Of a DNA stretch of 64,000 nucleotides, positions 1 to 14,008 are shown piece after piece. Made by a program: the position numbers and the translations under genes. Numbering within the stretch: position 1 is the stretch's first letter; each line of letters starts with the position of its first letter. Source of the stretch: Hormiphora californensis (Eukaryota; Animalia; Ctenophora). The stretch lies in NCBI GenBank assembly GCA_020137815.1, contig CM035360.1, positions 7,998,001 through 8,062,000 on the forward strand. The letters run 5' to 3'. The notes under the pieces were generated by a model. That model saw nothing but the letters and a program-made list of their open reading frames with translations, had not been told where the DNA came from and ran no database searches.

Positions 1-182
1 AAATGCCCATTGAAAAAGTGCACACGCTGTTCCATGGGCACTTTAAAGGTTCACAAGATATCAAACACTTTTCTTCTATCCTATTTTTTTTCGATTTTTC
101 AGTAGTTTTCAGCATTTTTTTCAGGTTTGTCTGTCGTGTAGAAAAGTCTTCCAAAACAGGGCGGTTTCCAGCGCCGCGCAGC

Positions 183-406
183 ATAACATTCTGATGCTGA
201 ACGGGTCCGGGCCCAAGGCAAATAAATGTAAGAAGTGAAAAGGCGGGAGTTACGATGTAGCAACTAGTTTCATGAATAAATCAATCATCAGGCTTACAAG
301 ACTGATGATTGATTAATTCATGAAATTAGTTGCTACATCGTAACTCCCGCCTTTTCACTTCTTACATTTATTTGCCTTGGGCCCGGACCCGTTCAGCATC
401 AGAATG

Positions 407-410
<4 letters not shown>
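183..410. mobile_element. Palindromic foldback/MITE
   Basis: ~110-bp arms ATAACATTCTGATGCTGAAC / GTTCAGCATCAGAATGTTAT with short spacer; abuts (TA)n. Confidence 0.7.

Positions 411-490
<80 letters not shown>
408..490. repeat. (TA)n microsatellite
   Basis: Direct reading. Confidence 0.98.
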
Positions 491-1050
491 TTTACATAAT
501 CTTCTGCACCGGCACGCAGTGCAAGCGCGCCATATACGCTCTGCACTGCATGGAGGTGAAATTCACGACAGCGAAGCTGGAGTGCAGAGCGTATATGGCG
601 CGCTTGGGGGTCCGGACTAAAATTCGAACGGACGATAAATCACCGAGGGTGTAAGCTCGAGAATTTGGCCGCGAGGTTAAATACGAAGAGTTTACTGTGT
701 ACTGTCTTCCTAACATGGTTAGGGCTATCGTTCGGGTTAGGGTAAGGGCCATATTTTCTAGCTTTTGAACCGATGTGTGTTATCGTCCGTTCGACATTCA
801 GTCCTAGACCCGCGCGCTTTTACTGTGTGCAGAAGGTTTTGTACTATATATATTGCACCCTGCCTCTGCGGGAGGGTGCATTGCATGTATACAAGTAGTG
901 GAATGTACAAGTGAGAAAAGTATAAGTAAGAAAAGTATAATGTCTTCCCCGCCCTTATTTCAACGTCTTCCGGTTCCCAACCCCCTCCCATTCGCCCTAC
1001 CCTCCTATTAAGTCTTCACCCGGGTGCGTGTCATGGTCGATCTGTTGTAG

Positions 1051-1187
1051 GGCTTAAAAGCAAGATACGATGATGAACTAGATGATGTTCTTCACGGACT
1101 GACATTCGATATATGTGCTGGTCACAAAATTGGAGTGTGCGGACGGACGGGAAGCGGCAAGAGCTCATTCGGGCTCACTCTATTAAG
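1051..1187 (+). CDS. ABCC: ABCC (MRP/SUR-like) ABC transporter, NBD2 exon with Walker A; gene starts upstream of window
   Basis: tgtag|GGC...TTAAG|gtatt; translates GLKARYDDELDDVLHGLTFDICAGHKIGVCGRTGSGKSSFGLTLL(R). Confidence 0.93.
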
Positions 1188-1332
1188 GTATTATCATTCA
1201 GTTCTATGTAGCTCACGTGTAATATCTTATTATCTCATTCCCTATCTGAATCTTGCTCGCTGCGGCTCACATCACACACTGTGAATGATGAGAAAGTGAG
1301 CGACGGGCACTATTGAATACATAATGCAATAA

Positions 1333-1479
<147 letters not shown>

Positions 1480-1599
1480 TAGATTGCAACTGATATTTTG
1501 ATACTTTTTTGAATTTTGATTCCACGTGCGGCATTTCCGAACTCCATGAATAACACTTCTCCGCCCAACACAATTAGTCATAACGTTAGCCATTTCTGA

Positions 1600-1955
1600 G
1601 GTTTCCCTGAGTCCCGTGTCCGCCTAGCCTGAGAACATCCACAAAACTTTCTTAGGGCGCAATCGTCTGGAAGTTCCGTGGAGAGGCTCTTAAAATAAAT
1701 CTGGTTGAGCGTAAGTTCAGGGTGACGTACAGCGTGACCGACAAGTCTGAGTCTCCTTTCTGCGATTTTGGTTATAGGATTTTAGGATAGGGAGGTTTCC
1801 GATACCGTACAGTATAGCATTGCTTAAAGAGGTACTGGTTTTTATTACTCTAATATTCAGTGCCATCCGTAGCATCCTCGTGTAGGTACCGTCAATACTT
1901 CTTTCCATGTCTTTAGTGAGCGTCCAGCCTTCACATCCATATTTCAACCATTGCA
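1600..1955 (-). mobile_element. RTE-like LINE 3' remnant
   Basis: LKYGCEGWTLTKDMERSIDGTYTRMLRMALNI, post-RT region; homologous to 57870-59530. Confidence 0.75.
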
Positions 1956-1970
1956 ACAAAAAGTCATTAA

Positions 1971-2641
1971 AGTAAGAGTGGCGCGCCGTGTTTTCTCACA
2001 AAACTTGGTGGATGAACGGGGAGTACCACCAGGACCATTGGTACGGTATCGAAAATTTCGAATTCTGTCTCTGTCATTAGTTATGACGTAATATGTTCAT
2101 TATTTCAACTTTCATAAAATTGCTCTACAGAAAAATCTGTTCATTGTGGATTGAAATGGATGCTTGCATCGTGTTCAGCGTCAAAAAATAGCCGGGGTAC
2201 CAAATTTTGGTGTCTCTACCTTGTCTGTGACGCGAGATATCGACAATTATCAAAAACGACCAGAAATTGGAGAAAGAGAGTTTGTTATCTTTGGGTGCTA
2301 GTTGTTTGTGCGCGCCACCCACTTGTAACAATCTCTCTTTCTCTCACTTTTGTCGTTTTTGATATTTGTCAATATCTCGCGTCACAGACAAGGTAGAGAC
2401 ACCAAAATTTGGTACCCCGGCTATTTTTTGACGCTGAAAACGATGCAAGCATCTATTTCAATCCAAAATGAACAGATTTTTCTGTAGAGCAATTTTGTGA
2501 AAGTTGAAATAATGAACATATTACGTCATAACTAATAAATGAGACGGAATTGGAAATTTTCGATACCGTACCAATGGTCCTGGGGGTACTCCCCGTTTAT
2601 TCAGCAAGTTTTGTGAGAAAACACGGCGTGCCACTCTTACT
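1971..2641. mobile_element. Kolobok-like non-autonomous foldback element
   Basis: TTAA flanks, termini AGTAAGAGTGG...CCACTCTTACT, ~300-bp inverted arms. Confidence 0.7.
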
Positions 2642-3079
2642 TTAAGGGGATGATGAACCTCTAACGTGTTCAACTTTCTCCAGCTCAGGGCTCAAGCACG
2701 GGGGTGCAGGTAGCCTCCAGAAGGTGGGGCGTGACTGTGCATGAAAATGCTAATTCGGTTAGGAACCGTTCCCTCCTCCATATAGCTTGTTGACAAAGCC
2801 CTAACCAAGCTAGTGGAGGGGGATAGTGTGGTATGACTTTGGTGAAAGTGAAGTGTCTGTCCGACTGAAAATCCAGGTTCCTTATGTACTGCGGGAGGGG
2901 TCTTGTTAGCCAGGAGGAAAGCACCTGGTGGCGCGCTCTCATTGGTTCCTTCAGCATCCAATCAACAGTCAGGAAATCCGGCGGCCAATCAGGAAATAGG
3001 AAATCGGATAGTTTCGGACATTATCGGGATAGTTTCGGACAAATACCTTTGCGGGATTCCCAGAAGTCAGTCAGTCTCT

Positions 3080-3207
<128 letters not shown>

Positions 3208-3433
3208 TATATTAAGCCCTTTTCACCTTTAGGCCGAAGGCCAAATTGCATTGACTAGTGAAACATAATGCAGTTATTCTTGTTCATGACTTTTAAGTGT
3301 TTGGAATACACTTTTTCTATGGAGAGCACAGTGGTGCTCATTTTCGGCATTACAGCAAGCGCTACTGTTGTCATATATCTCAATAAATAGTTTTACGATG
3401 TACATACATAGTTGATCAATGTTCATGTATTAG

Positions 3434-3558
3434 GAAAAATCTGGATGTTACTGGTTACAAGACAGACGAAGAATTATGGACAGCACTTGAGATTGCCCTG
3501 GTGAAAGACTTTGTGTCAGATCTTCCTGATGGATTGGATACAATTTTGGTTGACGAAG
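3434..3558 (+). CDS. ABCC: ABCC NBD2 exon
   Basis: attag|G...GAAG|gtgag; KNLDVTGYKTDEELWTALEIALVKDFVSDLPDGLDTILVDE(G). Confidence 0.92.
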
Positions 3559-3639
3559 GTGAGCTACGATTGTATGTGTTACCTAAACCCGAGTTTATAA
3601 ACCATAGCGGGTGAAAATTTGTCTTATACCCCGCTATAA

Positions 3640-4298
3640 ATGAACTATGAACGTTTGTAGACTGGCGCGTTATCAAGTTGGCTGGTCCCAGCGCGAGCTG
3701 GGGACAGCCAACTGGAGTTTAATCGCCTGGTTTAAATCACGACGCCGATCCCGAGGCGCCAGCCGAGGGTGAGGGGGAGGTGATTTAAACCTATAACGCG
3801 ATAGGCTAACAAACTTTCATAGTTTATGAAACCCGATAGCAATTACACACAAATAAGAGACACAACACAAGGTGAAACACACTAGGACTGCTGGCAAATA
3901 GTCAACAGACACCCTTAACATGTGTGTAGACTTAGTGTCTACTGTTCCTAACATATTTGAGTAAGAGAGAGAGCAAGATTGGGGCCAATGCACACAATGA
4001 GAGAGAAAATAAGAGAGAGAAACGAATGGAATGCGATTCTTCTGCCTCTTGATGAGAGAGATAACATTAAAAAGTGTTGCAAATGTGTTCCCCTCTCTGT
4101 TGTTGTCGTTATTGAGTGTTTACACACATTTTCAACTCTCGGAATTTTACACGCACGTTATTCAAATGAAGAGAAATGCGTGAAAAAGAGAGCGGGACTG
4201 TTAAAACGCGAGCAGGGTGTTAAATCTCCCAGCTGGCGGTTATCATGAGCACGCAAAATGTTCAAACGACTGTTAAATCAGCTATCGGGTTTCATAAA
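3640..4298. mobile_element. Double-inverted-repeat non-autonomous element (Crypton-like)
   Basis: AACTATGAACGTTTGT..ACAAACTTTCATAGTT followed at once by TTATGAAACCCGATAGC..GCTATCGGGTTTCATAA; internal CCGAGGCG..GCCGAGG motif. Confidence 0.5.
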
Positions 4299-5447
4299 GC
4301 AATGATGTTTTTGCCGCTAAAGTTTATAATTGATAAATCCTTGCTTATAAAAAGTATAAACCCCTCCCTTTGGTCGGGTTTTATACCATAAAATACCCTT
4401 CCTGCTTCGCAGGTCGGGCAGTATATGGTGTAGAGAATCACCCTAGCGGGTGACCCGTTACATATAAATCCGGGTTTATTGATTATATATACTGTAAATA
4501 ACCTTTAGCACGTAGTGCAAGCGCGCCATATACCGCAGATCGTATATAGAGGTGAAATGCACGACTCCTTATATTATATTATGCACGAGTGAACCGAGCG
4601 CTTGTACAAACTGTGCAGAAGGTTATGGCCGACACTAACAAATATTTTGTTAGTGTTTTCACTAACAATTTTTACTAACACAAATTTTGTTAGTGTTTCT
4701 AATTGGGGTGATGGTTATGAGATACGATTCAGGGACGCCTTATTATATTAGCAAAGTGAGACGATATGGGTTATGGAACAAATAACTTTTCCACATTTAG
4801 TTGCTCTGTCCAGCTCTGTTGAAAGGCTCTCCATCCGATGTATGGTGTCGGGGAAGAGTGTGCAGAGCCGTCCAATGGGCCTGTAAACTCTCTGGTTCCG
4901 CCCCTACATCGTGAGCACTGAGCACCGATACGGGTTGTCTCATAGAAGACCGTCCTCTTCGCACCGGGCCTTCGGCGAGGCCGCGTAGCGAGGACGGTCT
5001 TACCCCAAAGGGTCTACTTGGATCTGAGTCTAGTTTTAAGCTCGCGCCGCGCAAACCAAGTGCTATCGCGCGCCAACTCTTCCCTCTCTTTAGTCTAAAT
5101 GCGTCTCTCACTTTTCCCACACACCGTGGGAAAGTCGCGCGAGCCGTTTTTGCAAGAACGAATGTTTCACTTTCTGAAGAGTTGATACGGGATACTGCAA
5201 CGATACGGGATACTGCTCACGATTCAGTGCACCTCATGACGATCATACGTGACTCAAGTGCAGTGGTAATCGATCTGTTTGATAATCGGATCATATGGTG
5301 TAGTAATCGGTTCGTGTGACAGGGTGGCAGGGTGGATCATATGGTGGGGTAATAATCGGTTCGTATTGTACTTCAATCGTTTGACAGAGCAACTAAATAT
5401 GGACAAGTTATTATTGTTTCTCTTGAAATTGGTGTATCCCTTGTCTA

Positions 5448-7307
<1,860 letters not shown>

Positions 7308-8074
7308 TGATTGGAATTATCGCGTCGTCAAAATCGTAACCGATGGTTCAGTATGTTGGACTTGGTCCTCCATGTTTTATGCGCCCAAAACTTTTGTAGT
7401 TTGTGATTATTTTGGAATCTAACAAGAATTATTGCATTATGTATTCATAATGCGGTGTTTCCCTGCCACAAATGGCTTTAAAATTGATGAATAAGCTTCA
7501 AAACTGGATTTCCTGATGAATTTTGTGCTCAAAGAGCATTTTTTGGCTGATGCGATCTTGGTTACTAAGGTAACTAGGTTAGTTGCTATGGTAACCAAAG
7601 CAGTTGATATGATAACCAAAGCAGTTGCTATGGTAACCAAGACAGTTGCTATGGCAACCAAGGAAATTGCTTAGGAGACCCCAGTTGGTTACCAAGTGCT
7701 TCAACTTTAACCACATCTCAACTCGAGTCACTAGTGTGACAGTAGTTTCATGCTTGTAGACGTTCTACCACTTCATGGCACGGCTGTAATGTAGGGCGCC
7801 TAAAGTGATTTCAGGTAATAGTGGGAAGTGCTATCAGCGAGTAATTGCGCGCCACAATGTGTGTTAATCATTTTCTTTGTTGAATAATCGAAGCGTGAGA
7901 TGAACGTTTTATGAAGGAGCAGACTTAGCTGTTAGGCGTTGTCCGTGGCGGACGGACGGACACATTTAGTTAACCATTTAGTTAACCCTACGATCTGCTG
8001 ATTTCTAAACCCTGAATGATCTTTCTAGAACGTGCGAAAGCATGTCCGGATAACTCGGATAAATGTCCGGATAA

Positions 8075-9185
8075 ACCGCACTGGATTTCCCTGAGTGCTA
8101 GTTCTAGGCCTGATGCCAACCGGTTCAGCATAACAATCTGAAACAACTTTGAAGTTGTTGACCGCAGTGTAATACCCCTATTGTTTGAACAGATACTGGG
8201 GTCACCCTTTTTGGGAATCACGGAAATGACCCCCTTCAACCACTCCTCCGGGACCATCTCCTCCCTCCAGACTCCACCAAACAAATATACTAGGGGGCCG
8301 ACAAGACCGCTTGAGCCGTACCGAAGCTGCTCATTCGTAATCCCATCAACGCCAGGACTCTTATGATTCTGAAACAACTTTGAAGTTGTTGACCGCAGTG
8401 TAATACCCCTATTGTTCGAACAGATACTGGGGTCACCCTTTTTGGGAATCACGGAAATGACCCCCTTCAACCACTCCTCCGGGACCATCTCCTCCCTCCA
8501 GACTCCACCAAACAAATATACTAGGGGGCCGACAAGACCGCTTGAGCCGTACCGAAGCTGCTCATTCGTAATCCCATCAACGCCAGGACTCTTATGATTC
8601 TTGAGCCTTTTCAGTGCCGCTAAAACTTCTCCACGAGAAGGTGGAGGCTCATCCTCACCAAGGTCCTCAAAACACGGGTCCACATCCAGACCATCCAGAT
8701 CCGAGAGCTGTGATGTAGTTACAGGGGGGTTCAACAGCTCAGAGAAGTGCTCCGCCCAGCGCTCCCGCTGTTGAACAGGATCAGTGATGAGTTCCTATCG
8801 CGAACAGCAGAACCGCCGCGTTTCCTCACAGCTGAAAGATCTTTCATGTGCTGCCAAAGCTCCATCTGCCGCCCATGCACCGCAGCATTCTCCAAATCCG
8901 ATGCCAAACAATCCGCCCACCTATTATCATCCAAACGTGAGGCCTTCTTGACCAGCTTGTTAAGCCTGGAGTACTCAGATCCACCAGCGGGATCATTCTT
9001 CTTCAGCTTAGCACGTTGAGAGATAAGGTCTCGAGTTTCCAGAGACAGGTGCTGTTGACGAACCTGCTTAGGCCGTGCTCCAAGGACCTCAAGTGACACC
9101 TCACCGATTACCTCCTTAAACTGCCCCCACTGCCCCTCCAGACTTTCCTCAGGCTCCAGAGATTCGAACCTGTTCCGGAGAGACT
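8075..9185 (-). mobile_element. RTE-like LINE fragment (pre-RT and RT N-terminus), frameshifted, internal 231-bp duplication
   Basis: ORFs 8731-9099 and 7988-8734: LKNHKSPGVDGI...IPKKGDPSICSNNRGITL...IQCG. Confidence 0.85.
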
Positions 9186-9229
9186 AGTTTGGAGCCTGAA
9201 TGACAGACAAATAACGTACAGACAAATAA

Positions 9230-9447
9230 CATCACCTGCTCTTTATGCCTGGCCGAAAAGTTCGCAATGTTAACAAGGAAAGGACTAATTAACAAGAAAT
9301 GGGAGCTTCTTAACAAATGTCCCCACAGAAGAGGACACCTTGCAGCACTCCAATAAACGGTTTAATGAAGGAATAGAAGAGGAAGTTGAAAGTTTTAAAA
9401 TTAAAAAGTAATTGTTCTGACGATTGTGTAACTTGAGTAAACAATTA
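9230..9447 (+). mobile_element. Penelope-like element 3' remnant (GIY-YIG C-terminus)
   Basis: TCSLCLAEKFAMLTRKGLINKKWELLNKCPHRRGHL matches the CxLCxxEK...LNK..E...C.H motif of PLE endonuclease ends; CTGACGA downstream. Confidence 0.7.
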
Positions 9448-9448
9448 T

Positions 9449-10470
9449 TATATGATTAGATGACTGCTTAAAATGGTCTATTACTATTTAGTGCACGAGG
9501 CCGAAGGCCGAGTGTTCTAAATACAACAATAATGAACCGAGACCGACAGGTCGAGGTAGATTCTTTTACCTAGCTGCCGAGCCTGCGAGGCATGCCAAGT
9601 GTAACTACTGAGGGGAAACTCTAATTGAATGGGCGCGCAGTAATGGCGTCCCATCAACCGTAAAAATCTCACTGGATGGAAGGAGTGATGGACAGAATTC
9701 TGCAGAACACGCGACAATGTCCGTGTGTTTGTCATTGTGCGCTACGTAAAGGCCTTTTTTACGAGCAAAATGTGGCAAATCATGGCGCGCCCAGAGTGAT
9801 GGCTTCCATTATCAGTTAGATTTTTACAGTTGATGGGCTGCCATTACTGCGCGTGCATTCAGTTAGATAGAGTTTCCCCTGAGCGATCCTGCGAGCTCTG
9901 TAGTTGTACTTTTGGGCCGAGCCTGCGAGCTCTGTAGTTGTACTTTTGGGCCGAGCCTGCGAGGCTTAAAAGTGAAAGAATCTTTAAGCTTATTGTTGTG
10001 TAATAGAGCATGTAAAAGCAGTCATCTAATTTTATTGGAGGGTTTTGTAAAATTTCCCACGGTCATAACTCCACTCCCTGATGAGATAGAGACTTGACAT
10101 GATCTCCTCACAAAACAAATTTCAAGTCTCTATCTTATCAGGGGGTGGAGCTATGGCCGTCTAAAATACGGTCGCGCGCAGCAAGGGACATAGTAGTTTG
10201 GGGGGACCTTTAGTTGCAGAGGGGAAGAAAAGATAAGGCCATAAGGGTTAGGGCGTGTGCAGTAGTGACGTAATGTTTACACTGTGTGTGTGACTAGAAA
10301 GTGTCTAATTTTTCATATACTACTGCAACGGTATTTTACTTTATAATTACTAGTGTTTTGCAGTGGTCTAAGTTTTCATAGTCCACTGTAACCGGTGGTC
10401 TAAGTGTGTTAGACCACCAGAAACGGTGCATTATGAAAACTTAGATCACCGGTCAAAATTGTCCAATAAA
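9449..10470. mobile_element. Family A double-IR element (Crypton-like); other copies 14895-15885 and 49185-49415
   Basis: ATTAGATGACTGCTT..AAGCAGTCATCTAAT then TTATTGGA..TCCAATAA; GAGGCCGAAGGCCGAG motif; three near-identical copies. Confidence 0.65.
9612..9879. mobile_element. PIF/Harbinger (Tourist-like) MITE
   Basis: GGGGAAACTCTA...AGAGTTTCCCC with TGA TSD; empty site ACTACTGAGCG seen in copies at ~15050 and ~49340. Confidence 0.85.
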
Positions 10471-10730
10471 TCTTGTATTACTTTGTACGTGAGTTATCCG
10501 AATAGATATCCGGGTTATCCGGACATTTATCCGAGCTGAGTTATCCGGACATTTATCCGAATTATCGGCATATATATCCGAGTTATCCGGATAGATATCC
10601 GAGTTATCCGGAGTCGCATATCCGAGCTCGGTTATCTGGACATTTCGAAAACATCAATTATCTGGGCTATTCGGGTTATCAGTGTTCATAGTATAAATTA
10701 TACAATATACATACCCCTATTAATTTTCAG

Positions 10731-10916
10731 GTAATTGCCGACCGTTTCAAGCAATGCACTGTTATTACAGTTGCTCATCGGATCAATACGATTGTGGATA
10801 GTGATATGATACTTGGACTAGAAAATGGGAAGATAATGGAATACGACACACCTCAAAATTTACTTAGTAGCGAAAAGAGTATGTTTAAAAGACTGGTCAA
10901 CATGAGTCTAGCTTAG
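10731..10916 (+). CDS. ABCC: ABCC terminal exon (H-loop, stop)
   Basis: ttcag|GTA, phase 0; VIADRFKQCTVITVAHRINTIVDSDMILGLENGKIMEYDTPQNLLSSEKSMFKRLVNMSLA*. Confidence 0.94.
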   Translation, partial: VIADRFKQCTVITVAHRINTIVDSDMILGLENGKIMEYDTPQNLLSSEKSMFKRLVNMSLA

Positions 10917-11041
10917 ATATCGCACAAATCTTGTACAAAGGAAAACGAAAGATTCCTTTCTGCATAAGTCTTATGTATTATTATATATATAATTCTTTTT
11001 AACTAATTCAGTAAATTAATATGTCGTGATTACTGGGGGAA

Positions 11042-11763
11042 ACAGTCGTGCCTGAACCTCAGGTCAAGTGTGCGGCTATTCACCGAAATCTCAGTGACGG
11101 CCGTTTTTGTGTTTTACCTGAAATCTCATCAGTGATTTTACGAATTCTAAGTATAGGATTCAAGAAATCCTCTGAACCAATGAAATTGCAGAGTTTTTGA
11201 AAGAGCCAATCTCACACTACCTCTACCATCAGCAGCTTTGATGGAGGTAGCGTGCGATTGGTTCTTTCAAAACCCTACAATCTCATTGGCTTAGAGGACT
11301 AGTCTTAAATCCTATACTTCGGATTGAGAAAATATTGAATCCTCTAAACCAATCAAATTACAGGGTTTCGGAAAGAGCCAATGTGTAGCTCTGACATCTA
11401 GGTAGCGTGCAATTGGTTGTTTGAAAACCCTGCAATCTCATTGGCTAAGAAGATTTGCTGAATCCGATAGATCGGATTGAACAAATCCTCTAAGCCAATG
11501 AAATTTCAGGGTTTCAGAAAGGACCAATCAGGCGCGAGCAGCTTGCCTACCTGTGCGAGGGAGAAGATGGGATAATGACGTCATCACACTGAGATTTCAG
11601 ACTTTAAGGTCTGAAATCTGAGGCGGAATCGTTATCTCAGGGATTTGAGGGTTCAAATTCGAAGCCTCATTTCCCAGAGCGCACGATGTTAGAGATTTCC
11701 GTCACTGAAATCTCAGATTTCAGTCGTAAACGGGCACTTGACCTGAGGTTCAGGCACGACTGT
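11042..11763. mobile_element. TIR element (MITE) with internal subrepeats
   Basis: ACAGTCGTGCCTGAACCTCAGGTCAAGTG / CACTTGACCTGAGGTTCAGGCACGACTGT. Confidence 0.75.
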
Positions 11764-11958
11764 GACCCGTCCATTTGGATCACATGTCACACACATTCCT
11801 TTGGAGGCTGGTCGACCTCCAGATCGGATCAAGTTGGAGGATCTGATCATCCTCATCCAAGGATCGGATCACGTTATTGGGATCAGATCCCCCACGTCAC
11901 CCCATGGATCAGATCACATTATAGGGATCTGATCTCACACCACAACTGCCCCTGTCAC

Positions 11959-11993
<35 letters not shown>

Positions 11994-12054
11994 ACGGGGA
12001 CAGTCACTGAAGTTTTCTCTAGATTTGTGATCGGTACGTTCGCCTCAGTTTCTA

Positions 12055-13165
12055 GGGGGGGGTGACACGTAACACTTTGTAACACTTTGTAACATGTAAC
12101 GCGCGCACAAAGTTTTCTGCACATGTTACAAAGTGTTACATAGTGTTACAAAGTGTTACATAGTGTTACAAAGTGTTACAAAGTGTTACATAGTGTTACA
12201 TAGTGTTACAAAGTGTTACATAGTGTTACATAGTGTTACAAAGTGTTACATAGTGTTACAAAGTGTTACAAAGTGTTACATAGTGTTACATAGTGTTACA
12301 TAGTGTTACAAAGTGTTACATAGTGTTACAAAGTGTCACAAAGTGTTACATAGTGTCACAAAGTGTTACAAATTGTTACAAAGTGTTACAAATTGTTACA
12401 AAATATTTACAAAATATATAAGACGGTTGGTGAATAAGTAATTTGAACGACTTTGGTGTCTTTCTAGAACACATCTAAAAGTTTTAAATCATTTCTAGGG
12501 TTAAAACATACACTTTTTTACTAATTTGCGGATATTTTGAGCCTCCGATGTCATCGACTGTGGAAATCAGGGCTGAAATAGTCCATTTGGTAAAGAAAAA
12601 TATGAACTTTAGACAACGGTAAAGTTTTTAGAGTGATATTAAAAGTATTGTGCCTCTCAGAGGCCCCCAATGTGCTGAGTCACCTGTGAGTTGTGACTCA
12701 ATCGACTTTTTTTCATTGGTAATCGATTCTTTGTACTTAATAAGATGATATACAACGTTTCTGTTGGAAAAAGAAATAAAATTTTTCCAAAATCAATTTT
12801 TTGGTCAAAGATTGAAAATTTGCTTCGCTACAAATCCTTGTGTGTTTGTAAATATTTTGTAACAATTTGTAACACTTTGTAACAATTTGTAACACTTTGT
12901 GACACTATGTAACACTTTGTGACACTTTGTAACACTATGTAACACTTTGTAACACTATGTAACACTTTGTAACACTATGTAACACTATGTAACACTTTGT
13001 AACACTATGTAACACTTTGTAACACTATGTAACACTTTGTAACACTATGTAACACTTTGTAACACTTTGTAACACTATGTAACACTTTGTAACACTATGT
13101 AACACTATGTAACACTTTGTAACATGTAACGTGCACAAAAAGTTTTCTGCACATGTTACAAAGTA
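12055..13165. repeat. Foldback element with inverted arrays of 10-bp TGTTACA(A/T)AG repeats
   Basis: Array 12123-12410 and reverse-complement array 12855-13125 around a unique core. Confidence 0.85.
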
Positions 13166-13557
13166 TCCTTAAATCGATAGTACCGCGTGGGCCAATAAAA
13201 AGGGAGGGTCTAAAATCTTAGATTTCTCCGGCACCTTAATTCCAATGGTTCTTAAATTTTGACACAATGTTGTTGAGCTTATGCCAGATATGTGTACAGA
13301 GTTTCTAGTCCAAAACTGCAGAAACTCATTAATGAACCTAAATTCCTGTTTTTAAGCCAATGCAGGTGTTCTCTATTCCATGTATTTTCGTTTTCCAGGA
13401 ACCTCTTTGCACGCTAGACCTATTGCAATCTTGCTAACAAGATTTTGTCACACCCTGGTTACGTTTCTTGTTGCTTGCATGGAGGTCACATGACAATTAA
13501 AGAGAAACAACGATTTTGCAGTACTAATATTCAATTAAGAACAGTCACATGACGCTT

Positions 13558-14008
13558 GGGGGGGGGGAGTCACACTGAAGTTGAGTGCGCTCGTTCAAAT
13601 CTCAACCTCGCGACACACACTGAATTTCGAAGTTTCGCGAAAACCAATTTTCGGCTGAGAAATCATTTGTAAGATGCTAACTTACTTACCGGTACATTTC
13701 TCGAGGTGTCCTTTATCCATACCGAGTCAATTTCACCGTTTTTGAAATTTTTGGCTAATCCGGTCACAGTTGTCCCAATTCACCAAAAATTTTAAAAACG
13801 GTGAAATTGACTCGGTATGGACAAAGGACACCTCGAGAGATGCAATGTACCAGTAAATAAGTTAGCACCTTACAAATGATTTCTCAGCCGAAAATGGGGT
13901 TTCGCGAAACTTCGAACTTTTCCGCGAAACTTCAAACCGCGAAACTTCAGTGTGTTTCACGCGGTTGAGAGTTGAACGCGTGCGACCAACCTCAGTGTGT
14001 CTCCCCCC
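13558..14008. mobile_element. Palindromic MITE (GGGG...CCCC termini, Harbinger-like); partial copy 25285-25386
   Basis: GGGGGAGTCACACTGAAGTT / AACCTCAGTGTGTCTCCCCC, long inverted arms. Confidence 0.75.

Noticed and set aside
330-620. Low-complexity ORFs (IY, ER, EK/RK, LS repeats; also 2903, 15162-15539, 38796-39420, 42524, 43977)
   Set aside because: Translations of microsatellites
12123-12410. CRISPR-like regular array
   Set aside because: Contiguous 10-bp units with no unique spacers, no cas genes, eukaryotic context
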